Shown: piece by piece, positions 44,231 to 52,978 of the stretch
How the letters are laid out: every line of letters starts with the position of its first letter
How positions within the stretch are numbered: position 1 is the stretch's first letter
DNA from: a virus
Taxonomy: Duplodnaviria; Caudoviricetes
DNA length: 64,000 bases
Reading direction: 5' to 3' (one strand)
IMG/VR virus record: IMGVR_UViG_3300033067_002207
Coordinates: 1,865 to 65,864 of that record
Translations under genes and position numbers: made by a program
The notes under the pieces: generated by a model
What the model saw: the letters and a program-made list of their open reading frames with translations, nothing else
What the model was told of the DNA's origin: nothing
Databases searched by the model: none

Positions 44231-45214
44231 TCAGAAAATCCGATCAATCAATTGCAGCAGGTACGCCCGGTCGACGCGGCCGTCGTCTTTCTTTTTCAGG
44301 GCATCAATGATCTCCTGAAAATACGCTGCGTCCACGCCGGTCATCTGATCCTCCAGCACCGTCATGTCGCACAGGTCCAGGTCATTCAGGTGCATGGCCA
44401 TCTTGACGAACTGACCGGCGTTGATGGTCCAGCCCCGCTGGATAAACTTCCGCGTGCGAATGATCGAGCAAAGCGGATATCTCGAACCGACGTAGCGAAG
44501 CTCGCGGGCCAGCAGGGCTTCCAGTGCCTTGGGCCTCAGTTCCAGGCGACCGTCCCAGCTTGACCAGTAGCAGGTGCAATGCACGAAATCGTAATTCTCG
44601 TGAATCGCGTCCGGCTCGCCGTAGAACCGGGTCACAAGCTGAATCCCGTCGCTCAGGGTGATCGCGTTCGACGTCAGGAAGATCGGCCGAAACTTTTCCT
44701 TTTTCTTTTCTTCCTGCTCATCGGGCGGCGGCACCAGAGCGGCGGCGCATGCCTCGACGTATTCTGACGCCGAGGTCGACTCGGGGTCAGGATTGCATTC
44801 AAAGTACTGGTACGTGTCCGGCGTCGTCTCGCTCGCCACGCCCGCGGATTTGACTACGATCTTCACGCGAAAATCCGTGTCGATCAGGCCGTTCTCCCAC
44901 GGCTGATCCAGCGGCTTCCCGTTGCCGTCAGCCAGGTAGATCGAAAACTCGCGGCCCGGATGGCCCTGAAATTTCGCCGGCGGGTTCTCTTTAAATTTCT
45001 TGACGTAGTATCCGGCGACCGCGACCGTGGTCTTCCAGTCCCGAAAGTACAGGTCGAAGTCATTCACCTTCTCGCCGAGCAGCATACTGGCAATCGCCCC
45101 GCCCGTGATGATCGTGTTCTCCGCGGCCAGCTTGCGGACCGCCTCGTCGGTGATCGTCTTTAGCCAGGCATCTAGCTTGTGCCGGCACACGCTTTTGATC
45201 GTTTTCGCCTTCAT
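44231..45214 (-). CDS. Nucleotidyltransferase-like protein (Pol beta superfamily)
   Basis: IITGGAIAS...NDFDLYF (GG...DxD) and later YDFVHC; SD GAAAGG. Confidence 0.75.
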   Translation of the reverse strand: MKAKTIKSVCRHKLDAWLKTITDEAVRKLAAENTIITGGAIASMLLGEKVNDFDLYFRDWKTTVAVAGYYVKKFKENPPAKFQGHPGREFSIYLADGNGKPLDQPWENGLIDTDFRVKIVVKSAGVASETTPDTYQYFECNPDPESTSASEYVEACAAALVPPPDEQEEKKKEKFRPIFLTSNAITLSDGIQLVTRFYGEPDAIHENYDFVHCTCYWSSWDGRLELRPKALEALLARELRYVGSRYPLCSIIRTRKFIQRGWTINAGQFVKMAMHLNDLDLCDMTVLEDQMTGVDAAYFQEIIDALKKKDDGRVDRAYLLQLIDRIF

Positions 45215-45258
45215 CGGGACGCCTTTCAGAATGGGGAATCGCAGCAAAACTCAGGCAC

Positions 45259-45287
45259 ACTATGATCGGCCGCGACGATTTTGTCAA
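45259..45287 (-). promoter_or_regulatory. Sigma70 promoter with operator
   Basis: TTGACA-N17-CATAGT; contains TTGAC-AAAATC-GTCGC. Confidence 0.75.
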
Positions 45288-45646
45288 CGGAGAGTTGATC
45301 TGCAGCCCCTGACGATCTCACGAATGGCTTTCATTAGTTTGATCGAGTCATCAACAGATATTTCTCCGCGATCAACTCCCGGAGAACTTCGGAACCAGAT
45401 TCCGCTATGATGATCCGCTTTAATGCTTCCAGAAATCAGCACGCTGCGAGGGTCAATCAAAAGCCGAGCCATAGCGGCGTCATGCTGCTGGCAAGTCATG
45501 TCGATATGCAGCGTCCAGCTATTTGTGAGGAATACATTTCCCCATGAATCGCGTCCAGACGACCGGACAACAGCAATCGATTCAGTACACATTTTGTCGC
45601 TTAGTTCGCTCACCATTTGACCTGCCAGATGTGCGTCGGGAACCAC
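45284..45646 (-). CDS. Hypothetical protein
   Basis: AT-richer ORF filling the operon gap. Confidence 0.4.
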   Translation of the reverse strand: MVPDAHLAGQMVSELSDKMCTESIAVVRSSGRDSWGNVFLTNSWTLHIDMTCQQHDAAMARLLIDPRSVLISGSIKADHHSGIWFRSSPGVDRGEISVDDSIKLMKAIREIVRGCRSTLR

Positions 45647-46122
45647 CCGCCGTCAGCCCGGTCGAACAGCCTCACCAGATCAGGCACGGTGTCGCGGACC
45701 CATTCCGCCAGAGGCACCACGCCGCAGTTACAGTCAAATACCAGGTCATCTCCCTCATCCTTCCAGGAGACGATGTAGTGGGTCATCCGATATCCCCACG
45801 CCGGCGACGCACCGGGCTGCGTCCAGGGGCCGGTCCATTGCACCCGCACGATCGCCGGCTGATCGGCAAACATCGCCGGCACGGCCCCGCTGCCGGGCGG
45901 GCAGCGGATCAGCACGTTCGGCACGTTCAGGGCATTTAACGCCTGCTGCATCATCGTTGGGTTCGTGAACCGCTTCTCCTCAAACCCAGGGATCACCCCG
46001 CGGACGTGATCGATGTGCCGCTGCAAGGCAAACGCCAGGGAGTGCGGACCGCAGTTCGCCCCCCAGGCGTCGTAAGCCGTAAGTGAGGCCTGGCGGTCAA
46101 ACGGGCAGGTCAGGCTTACCAT
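45610..46122 (-). CDS. Putative C39-like cysteine peptidase
   Basis: NCGPHSL (Cys), THYIV (His) and LVFD (Asp) spacing of papain-like C39 peptidases. Confidence 0.5.
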   Translation of the reverse strand: MVSLTCPFDRQASLTAYDAWGANCGPHSLAFALQRHIDHVRGVIPGFEEKRFTNPTMMQQALNALNVPNVLIRCPPGSGAVPAMFADQPAIVRVQWTGPWTQPGASPAWGYRMTHYIVSWKDEGDDLVFDCNCGVVPLAEWVRDTVPDLVRLFDRADGGWFPTHIWQVKW

Positions 46123-46393
46123 CGATCCGCTTCCTCTCTTGATCAGCGACGGGCCGCAGGCGGGTCACCATTGGTCCGTCAAACGCGACGCCGGGTTCGA
46201 TCACGCCCTTCGCGTTCATCAGCATGGTCTCCGGGACGTCGCACTCCTGGTACGCCCCGTGGCACCGTACAATGAAACGAAACTTGCGAAACAGCGGGTC
46301 GTAATCGCACCGGACAAAATCCACGGGCCGATGGCATACCGCGCACCACGGCTTGACGTTGCAGTTCTCAGCGAGCGAATGCTTGTCGCTCAT
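46097..46393 (-). CDS. Hypothetical protein
   Basis: CAVC..VRCH; coupled ORF. Confidence 0.55.
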   Translation of the reverse strand: MSDKHSLAENCNVKPWCAVCHRPVDFVRCDYDPLFRKFRFIVRCHGAYQECDVPETMLMNAKGVIEPGVAFDGPMVTRLRPVADQERKRIDGKPDLPV

Positions 46394-46677
46394 TTTTCTA
46401 CCTGATCGTTCATCTTTACGACTTCCATAGGCACGCCAGCCTGCTGCGCAGCCCTGTTCAAAACCAGATTAAATACATTGTGCAGCAACCAGGACAACCC
46501 GGTCGCGTGGTCTTCCGTAATTTCCGGCTGTACCTTTCGCCATGTTTCGGTCGTCATCATAATCGCGATGACCAGCAGTGCCTGGACGGTTCGTTCAGGG
46601 GAATTTTCCCAGTCTGGAGTAAATACCTTCTCCGATATCTCGTTTGCCAGTTCCATGATTCGTTCTTGTTCCGTCAT
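46390..46677 (-). CDS. Hypothetical protein
   Basis: SD AAAGG before ATG 46677; coupled to the next gene. Confidence 0.6.
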   Translation of the reverse strand: MTEQERIMELANEISEKVFTPDWENSPERTVQALLVIAIMMTTETWRKVQPEITEDHATGLSWLLHNVFNLVLNRAAQQAGVPMEVVKMNDQVEK

Positions 46678-46688
46678 CGGCTCGCCTT

Positions 46689-48362
46689 TCAAACAGGGAT
46701 ATCCATCTGGTGCAGGCACCGCTCTCGCAGTACGATCAGCTTCTGCCCGCTGCGGGTGACGCCCACATAAGCGACACGCCGCTCTTCGTTCGCCGTCTCC
46801 TCAAATTCCATCGACCGGGTGCATTGCCGGCTGGTGGTCGTCAGCAGCACCACGTTCGGGGCTTCCGCCCCCTTCACGCTGTGGATCGTGCCGGCCTGGA
46901 CCTGAATATCCAGCACCGCCTCGTGACCCCACCGCTGCCACGCCTCGCGAAACTCCTGGCCGTTATCCACCAGGGACGCCCACTCGCCGCGGCGGATCAG
47001 ATCGCACAACAGCGGCGTCGCCCCCCACTCGACCAAATGCTCGGTGTCGGTCAGGTCATCGCTCGCTCGCTCTTGCCGCTTCCATTCGGCCTTGGCCCCG
47101 TGGATCAGCAATTCGCCCTGCTCAATCTTCGACGGCAGGTACTTCAGCGCCGCGGTCCACTCGCCGGCGCTCATTACCTTGTCGCTCTCCAGGCTGATCA
47201 GGCCCAAAAGCGCGGACCGCTTCGTCGGTGCGGCCCAGCGGCCCCCCATACCGCGGGTCGGCACCCAGGGGACGCCCGCGGCGTCGAGCTTCCGCACCAT
47301 GCGTTTGACGTGGGCATTGGACCGGGCGATGACCAGCCACGGCTCGCGGGGATCAACCTCGTTGGCCCAGCCCCCGTCGAATAGCTCGACCGCGACTTCG
47401 CCTTCCTCGTCCCGCGGCAAGATCTCGCGGTCCCAATAGTCGGTGCAATCCTTCAGGATGGTTTCCCCAAGCTGCTGGATCACCCGCGGGCAGCGGAACG
47501 ACTGCCGCAGCACCCGCTCTTTGCCTTCGCTGATCGGCCACGACATCATGTGTCGGGAACTGCTCCCCCCGAACGAGTAAATCGACTGAAAGGGATCACC
47601 GGCGACATACACAACGTCGGCTGACTCAGCCAGCCGCCGCGCGCAGCGATCGAGGAGCGCCGAGGCGTCCTGCCATTCGTCGAAGAACCACAGCCTGAGG
47701 TCGGGGGCTTCCCCTTCGCACCGGGCGGTCAGGTCGTGACCGCCGATGGCAAACCGGACGCCGGAAAACCGTCCCAGCAAGTCGGAGAAATCAACCCGGC
47801 CGTCCAGCCGCTTCATCTGCTCGTAAGTCTCGACGGTATGCAGCGTCAAATCCCAGTCCGGCAGAAACTCGTTGATGGCGGTCGCCGCGGCCCAGGTCTG
47901 TTCGAGCGGCTCCAGCTTGGCACGGGCGACGTCCCACAGGGCCAGGGCGTTGGCCTCGTCGCTGGCCGCTTCCCGCACGGCGTTCGGCTCCTCGTCGCCT
48001 TCTCCCACCTCGGCCGCGTCCTGGGAAATGCCCAGGGCGTCGGCGATCCACTTCCGGGATTCTTTGTCATCCGTCAGCAGGGCCTTGCCGGCCGCAAGCT
48101 GCTTGTACGCGATCGAGTGAACCGTGCGAAACCATCCGTTGTTTTCCAGTTGCGACTTGGGCTCGCCGGAAATCATCGCGGCCCGTTCCGCGGCCTCAGA
48201 GCGGGCCGCGCGGGTGAAGGAGCAGTATCCGACCTGGTACGGATTGACGGACCGCTCCTCGATCCACTTCCCCAGGATGCCGAGGCGACCGGAGCGGTCG
48301 CCGATCATGTGCGACGTCTTGCCGACGCCGGCCCCGCCAATGATGCGGCAGATGGTCGTCAT
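46689..48362 (-). CDS. SF1 (UvrD/Rep-like) helicase
   Basis: GGAGVGKT Walker A, FFDEWQD, GDPFQSIY, QSFRCP, TIHSVKGAE and YVGVTRS. Confidence 0.93.
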   Translation of the reverse strand: MTTICRIIGGAGVGKTSHMIGDRSGRLGILGKWIEERSVNPYQVGYCSFTRAARSEAAERAAMISGEPKSQLENNGWFRTVHSIAYKQLAAGKALLTDDKESRKWIADALGISQDAAEVGEGDEEPNAVREAASDEANALALWDVARAKLEPLEQTWAAATAINEFLPDWDLTLHTVETYEQMKRLDGRVDFSDLLGRFSGVRFAIGGHDLTARCEGEAPDLRLWFFDEWQDASALLDRCARRLAESADVVYVAGDPFQSIYSFGGSSSRHMMSWPISEGKERVLRQSFRCPRVIQQLGETILKDCTDYWDREILPRDEEGEVAVELFDGGWANEVDPREPWLVIARSNAHVKRMVRKLDAAGVPWVPTRGMGGRWAAPTKRSALLGLISLESDKVMSAGEWTAALKYLPSKIEQGELLIHGAKAEWKRQERASDDLTDTEHLVEWGATPLLCDLIRRGEWASLVDNGQEFREAWQRWGHEAVLDIQVQAGTIHSVKGAEAPNVVLLTTTSRQCTRSMEFEETANEERRVAYVGVTRSGQKLIVLRERCLHQMDIPV

Positions 48363-48616
48363 CAGTTACTCCTTCCCGACAAGCCGTCCAGGTTGCGGTC
48401 CAGCCGTTCAAACGCGGGGCGGTGGTCTTTTCCGGGAGCCATCGGCTCGTCTGACAGCAGGCGGTCCACCGTTCTGCAATCCTTCCCGTCCGCGACCCAC
48501 ACCAGGGCGTTGACGACGCCCATGATCAACGTCTTCTGGATCTCCGTCAGGCCCGGCGTCAGCATGCGCCGAGCCAGCTTCTTGCGGGCATCCTCGATCT
48601 GAGCGGGGGACTTCAT
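48362..48616 (-). CDS. Hypothetical protein
   Basis: SD CAGGAG; coupled to the helicase start. Confidence 0.65.
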   Translation of the reverse strand: MKSPAQIEDARKKLARRMLTPGLTEIQKTLIMGVVNALVWVADGKDCRTVDRLLSDEPMAPGKDHRPAFERLDRNLDGLSGRSN

Positions 48617-48631
48617 GGCTGGCTCCTGGTG

Positions 48632-48680
48632 AAACAAAAAACCTCGCGGCCGGCCCGGCAAAGGGAGATCGGCCGCGAGG
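48632..48680 (-). terminator. Intrinsic terminator
   Basis: CCTCGCGGCCG...CGGCCGCGAGG followed by TTTTTT on the minus strand. Confidence 0.7.
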
Positions 48681-48850
48681 CTGAAATCGGCGCGGGATGG
48701 ACCGCACCGGATCATGTTCACGTTGGGCCTTTGCCGGGCACGGGGGCATCATGCCGTGGCCGGGGAGCCGCGTCAAGCCCAAGGCGCCCCCGTCAGGGGC
48801 GGCGGTAATGCGGTAGTTTCAAACTACCGCCCCCGTCAGCCCGTTCGCCG

Positions 48851-48920
48851 TTTCCCGAAGTTTCCCGAAGTTGCCCGAAGTTTCCCGATGTCGTCGGTTG
48901 TCGTCGGTTGTCGTCGGTTG
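48851..48920. repeat. Two abutting 10-bp tandem arrays
   Basis: TTTCCCGAAG x4 (imperfect) at 48851-48890, then TCGTCGGTTG x3 at 48891-48920. Confidence 0.9.
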
Positions 48921-49128
48921 TCGCTCAGCGTTTTGAACGCCTTGCTATCGTTCCCTGGGAACGACGGGAACGAATAGATCGGTCCCCTGGGGACCGCGGG
49001 GACCGCCCTGAGCCGGTCAGCTTCAGCCGCCACGCCTTTTGTGGCAAAACCACGCAATTTGTGGCGCGCCCCGTCAGGCGTCGCCGGCCGCTTCCTGAAC
49101 CCGTCAGCCAGGCTTCGGCCAATACTCA

Positions 49129-49383
49129 AACGCGCAAACCGCGCGCAAACGCCTTTTTTAGACCCGTTTGCGCTGGTTATCATCGCTCAGGATCAAGACT
49201 TACGTCGAGCGCGCAAACGCGCAAACGCAAACGCCAATTTTCACAATTCTCGTCTCGCCCCAAAAACCGGTTTGCGCGTTTGCGCACTGTATAGAACTCA
49301 CGACCCCGTAAAGACTTCGGCGCGCAAACGACCCCAAAACAGGCGTTTGCGCGCGGCCCAAAGCGGCTTGCGCGTTTGCGCGC
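49129..49383. repeat. GCGCAAAC iteron-like cluster (putative replication origin)
   Basis: About 6 forward (G)CAAAC and 5 reverse GTTTGC(G) copies in a non-coding, AT-richer gap just downstream of the prim-pol gene. Confidence 0.75.
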
Positions 49384-49497
49384 CGGATGGTAATCCGGGA
49401 AGGATGGGAAAAAGAAAATCCGCCCGGCTGTGTGACCGGGCGGCAATCAGGCTGGTGGGTGACCGATTCCTGCGTCGCCTGACGCACCAGGATCGCG

Positions 49498-51123
49498 TCA
49501 GGCGGTGGCCAGGGCGGTGGTCGCCGTATCGGGCGGGAGTTCGGCCAGCTTCTCAATACGGGCCAAATGATCGGGGTTCAGGATCGTGTAGCGGAGCCGG
49601 CCTGACCCGCTCGGCGGGTGAAGCCTGGAATCCTTCGGGGTGATCCCGATCGTACGGCTCAGGATCTGGAGTTCCGCCGTGGTCACCTTTCGAAGCGTCA
49701 GTTCCTCTTCCCACATCTTGGTCCAACGGACCCAAATCGTCCCGTCCGGCTGCTGGACCGGGACGCCGCGGTGATCCGGCTTCTCGGCCTTTCGTGCCTT
49801 CTGGAGCTTCTCGGTCAGCATCTCGATCAGCATGGTCTGCCGCTTCCACTCAGCGCTGACCTGTTCCAGCTTGGCCCGGTCCAGCAATTTGGCCTTCAGG
49901 CCGCGGGTCGGTTCGATCTCATCCTTCTTCGACCCCTTCGAACCGTTCCAGAGCGCCTGCCAGGCCCCCGGCCGGTCGTCGACGATGATTGTCTTCGTTG
50001 ATTCGAAGATCGCCTGAGCCACGGCCCCGGCGTCGCGGTACTGCGCCGCGGTCAGCCGAATCTGTTTGTCTTCCCCCAACAACTGATCCCAGGCCGGCAC
50101 CCGCAAATAATACCAGGGTGGTTCGCCGAGCAGGACCGTCAGTTCCCAGGTGCCGGGGTGCCATTCGCCCTCACGCCACTCCAGCCCGTGCATCGCCAGG
50201 TTCGGGCCTGACGCCTCGCGAACTGCCGACGTCTCGCGTTCGATGAACTGGCGGGCTGAGTCAACCGCCGTCTGAACTTCCGAATCATCCAGCGGCGGCA
50301 CGCACTTGGCCCGGTTCCACGCCCACATCTGCTGGTAGATTTGCGATTGCGTGCCGGGGTCGTGGAATGACTTCGGGCCGCGGACTGTCGAATACAGCCG
50401 CCACATGTGGCAGGCTTCTTTGTAGATCGTGTCGTTGCGGCCGTCCGTCGTCTGAACGATCTGGTCCTGGTTGTACAGCTTCAGCCGGTCCGACTTCGGC
50501 CGCGGGGCCAGCGGCATGTTTTCGCCAAACAGGTTCCACAGCCTGGCGACCATATCATCCGTGATCTCGCCCAACTCCGCTTCATCAGGGCTGATCAACC
50601 ATTTGTATTGCAGGTCGCCGCGGTGCGACGGCGGGAAGACGGACTGCTGACCCTTCGCCCCATAGCCGGTCAGCACGTCCAGGGAGCCGATCTTAAACCG
50701 GGCCTTGTCAGGGTTCGGCAGGTCGGGACGCCACTTGAACAGCCGGTGCTTGCCGCGGCGGGACTGGTACGTCGGCACGACCGGGGGCTTGCCGTCAAAC
50801 AGCCTCAGGTACGTCTGGTCGGCTTCTTCTGAATCGCAGTCAAAATCGATCAGGCCCGACACCTCGCCCATCACGACGCCCAGGTTCGACGTCGGCCAGC
50901 GGCTCCACCAACTGAGGATCATCTCCTCGTCGGTCGTGGCCTTGGTTTCCCATTCGGACAGCCGGGGGTGTTTGCCGGCCGAGCCTTCGTGGCCGGGCTC
51001 GCGGGCGTTCGAGCATTCGCAATTGCCGTTCTTATGCGTCCCGTACAGCGGGACGACTCGCCAGCCGCGGGCGGCGTAGTCCAGGGCGGATCGTAGCACG
51101 GCGTCGTCAATCACAGCGGCCAT
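49498..51123 (-). CDS. Bifunctional DNA primase/polymerase (prim-pol) with a PriCT-like region
   Basis: ALDYAARGWRVVPL...C.C...GKHP...NLGV..G...FDCD...GKHRLF...SVFPPS; GRND..Y; no P-loop helicase domain. Confidence 0.9.
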   Translation of the reverse strand: MAAVIDDAVLRSALDYAARGWRVVPLYGTHKNGNCECSNAREPGHEGSAGKHPRLSEWETKATTDEEMILSWWSRWPTSNLGVVMGEVSGLIDFDCDSEEADQTYLRLFDGKPPVVPTYQSRRGKHRLFKWRPDLPNPDKARFKIGSLDVLTGYGAKGQQSVFPPSHRGDLQYKWLISPDEAELGEITDDMVARLWNLFGENMPLAPRPKSDRLKLYNQDQIVQTTDGRNDTIYKEACHMWRLYSTVRGPKSFHDPGTQSQIYQQMWAWNRAKCVPPLDDSEVQTAVDSARQFIERETSAVREASGPNLAMHGLEWREGEWHPGTWELTVLLGEPPWYYLRVPAWDQLLGEDKQIRLTAAQYRDAGAVAQAIFESTKTIIVDDRPGAWQALWNGSKGSKKDEIEPTRGLKAKLLDRAKLEQVSAEWKRQTMLIEMLTEKLQKARKAEKPDHRGVPVQQPDGTIWVRWTKMWEEELTLRKVTTAELQILSRTIGITPKDSRLHPPSGSGRLRYTILNPDHLARIEKLAELPPDTATTALATA

Positions 51124-51150
51124 TATCGGCTCCACGATCGGGGGTTCGTG

Positions 51151-51184
51151 AAAACCGGCGGCGCGGCCTCCGTGCCACGCCGCC
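51151..51184 (-). terminator. Intrinsic terminator-like hairpin after the SSB-like gene
   Basis: GGCGGCGTGGC/GCCGCGCCGCC hairpin followed by GGTTTT. Confidence 0.55.
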
Positions 51185-51198
51185 CTGCCTCAAACAGA

Positions 51199-52026
51199 CT
51201 AGGTCGCTTCGCCGATATCGGCTGACGAAGAGGCCCGATCCGCGGCCTTCTCGATCTGACCGCCAATCACGCGGGCGTAATTGAGAACCACCTTCGCCTG
51301 CTCAGGCGGTAAGGCAGCGACGAACTCAGGCACGATCTTTGAGAACTTGATGCCGTCGTCGCTCTTGTCGGCCGCGAGCGAGAACCGGCACACCGCCCCG
51401 GAAAACCGGACCGGAAGCCGCGTCTGGAACTGCAGCATATCCTTCAGCGATGACGGCGGGCACTTGATCACCCAGGGCATGATCTCGCCGGGCACCAGGA
51501 TGGCCAGCATCTTGTTCTCCCGGCACGCCTGACCCTTCCGCGGCTTGCCGTCCGGCCCCTTCGCGGTGCCAAACTGAGCCATCGGGCACTTGGCGCATTC
51601 CCCGCCCGGCCCCGGCGTCTTCGACTGGGCATTAGGGACACCCGTCTCCATGTCAGCCGAACTGCAGTCAGGCGGGTTCGACGACGGATTCGGGTCAAGC
51701 CACAACGCCCGCCGCCGGCTGATCCCGACCACGATCCCCTCGATCGACTTCATGGATTGCGCCCCGTTGACGGTCGGCACTTCCCAGGATGTGATGCCGC
51801 CCGAAGGCACCTTAACGATCGTGAGGTCGAAAGAACTGATCGCCTGGCCGGCGAGGTTCTCTTTGAAGATCTCGACCGCTTCCTCGCCGTTGGCGATGAT
51901 CGGGTACTGCTCGGCGGCAGTGGTAATCATCGGATACTTGCTGACGCCGTTGTTGGTCGTCGTCAGCCCGGTCGATCCGCCCGCCGGTGCAGCGGGGGCC
52001 GGTGTTGCAGCAGATTCTTTCGCCAT
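51199..52026 (-). CDS. Putative ssDNA-binding protein
   Basis: VKVPSGG...IEGIVV...PDCSS.D...CAKCP..QFGT..G.ACRE; acidic C-terminus; sits in the replication cluster. Confidence 0.55.
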   Translation of the reverse strand: MAKESAATPAPAAPAGGSTGLTTTNNGVSKYPMITTAAEQYPIIANGEEAVEIFKENLAGQAISSFDLTIVKVPSGGITSWEVPTVNGAQSMKSIEGIVVGISRRRALWLDPNPSSNPPDCSSADMETGVPNAQSKTPGPGGECAKCPMAQFGTAKGPDGKPRKGQACRENKMLAILVPGEIMPWVIKCPPSSLKDMLQFQTRLPVRFSGAVCRFSLAADKSDDGIKFSKIVPEFVAALPPEQAKVVLNYARVIGGQIEKAADRASSSADIGEAT

Positions 52027-52100
52027 GATCCTTGTCCTTTGAACTGAGAACTGAGAACAGAAACAGAAAACCAGGCACGCTGCCTGGTGAAAACCTGACG

Positions 52101-52817
52101 TTAGCGCCGCGTGGCGTTGATCACATCTTTCGAGCCGATATTCAGAAGCGGGGCGAGCCGGTCCAGCCGCTCGCGGGCCTGATTCGCTTGCTCGACCATT
52201 TCCGGCGGGACCGTGACTCCCTGCTCGACCTGCTTGTCAACCTGGTCCCGCAGGGTCATCTGCTCGACGACCCAAGCCTTCAGCGTCGACGGCGAGTACC
52301 CGTCCCGCACCATCTGGCCGAGACCGATCTCCTGCATCACGTCGCAGATCGTCTGCGTTTCGATGCCTTTGCCTTTGCTGACGTAGCGGTTCGTTTTGAT
52401 GAACACGGTCAGCTTGTCGCAGCGGATGCTGTGCGCCCCGGCCGCGGCAAAGTCTTCCAGGATATTCGGCTGCATTGCCGCAATGCGGAACTTCGTTTCT
52501 TTGAGCCGGTCTTCGAGTGACCGCCGTTCTTCTTCCAGGGCGACGTACCGCTTCAGGCGGTCGGCGGCGGTGCCGCTCAGGTCATCCAGGGTCGCATCGG
52601 CTTCCGGGGCTTCGCTGGGAAGCGGGCCGTACCAATCGCCGCTGTGGGATTCGATGGCGTCATCGGCCAGATCGTCTTCGTCCACGTAGCGGGTGCCAAT
52701 CCCGTCCTCGCCGTGGAACACCCACCAACCAGGTCCGCTGGGATACTTCAGCGGCCGGGGGCCGCGGCGGTTTTCCGTGACCGCCTGCTGTAACTGATCG
52801 TCTAGCGTCGTCGTCAT
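52101..52817 (-). CDS. Hypothetical replication-cluster protein (coiled coil)
   Basis: Coiled-coil central region; adjacent to the SSB-like gene. Confidence 0.6.
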   Translation of the reverse strand: MTTTLDDQLQQAVTENRRGPRPLKYPSGPGWWVFHGEDGIGTRYVDEDDLADDAIESHSGDWYGPLPSEAPEADATLDDLSGTAADRLKRYVALEEERRSLEDRLKETKFRIAAMQPNILEDFAAAGAHSIRCDKLTVFIKTNRYVSKGKGIETQTICDVMQEIGLGQMVRDGYSPSTLKAWVVEQMTLRDQVDKQVEQGVTVPPEMVEQANQARERLDRLAPLLNIGSKDVINATRR

Positions 52818-52978
52818 CGCGCACTCGCCTTTCTCAGAGGAACATCAAACAGTGACCGGCACCTTGCCGGCAATTGACTCGTGATCGTCCGCGGACCGAT
52901 CTGGTCTAACATCAGCCATCGCCCTGACCGGGGGTCGACCAGAGCGGTCGATCACACTACCCGGCTGCGACGGATTCG

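Noticed and set aside
48851-49383. Possible CRISPR array
   Set aside because: Repeats are 7-10 bp, abutting or irregularly spaced, with no unique spacers of constant length and no cas genes.
49041-49643. 200-aa ORF across the repeat region
   Set aside because: Its sequence simply translates the GCGCAAAC repeats (RANANAN), has no SD and overlaps the prim-pol end on the other strand.
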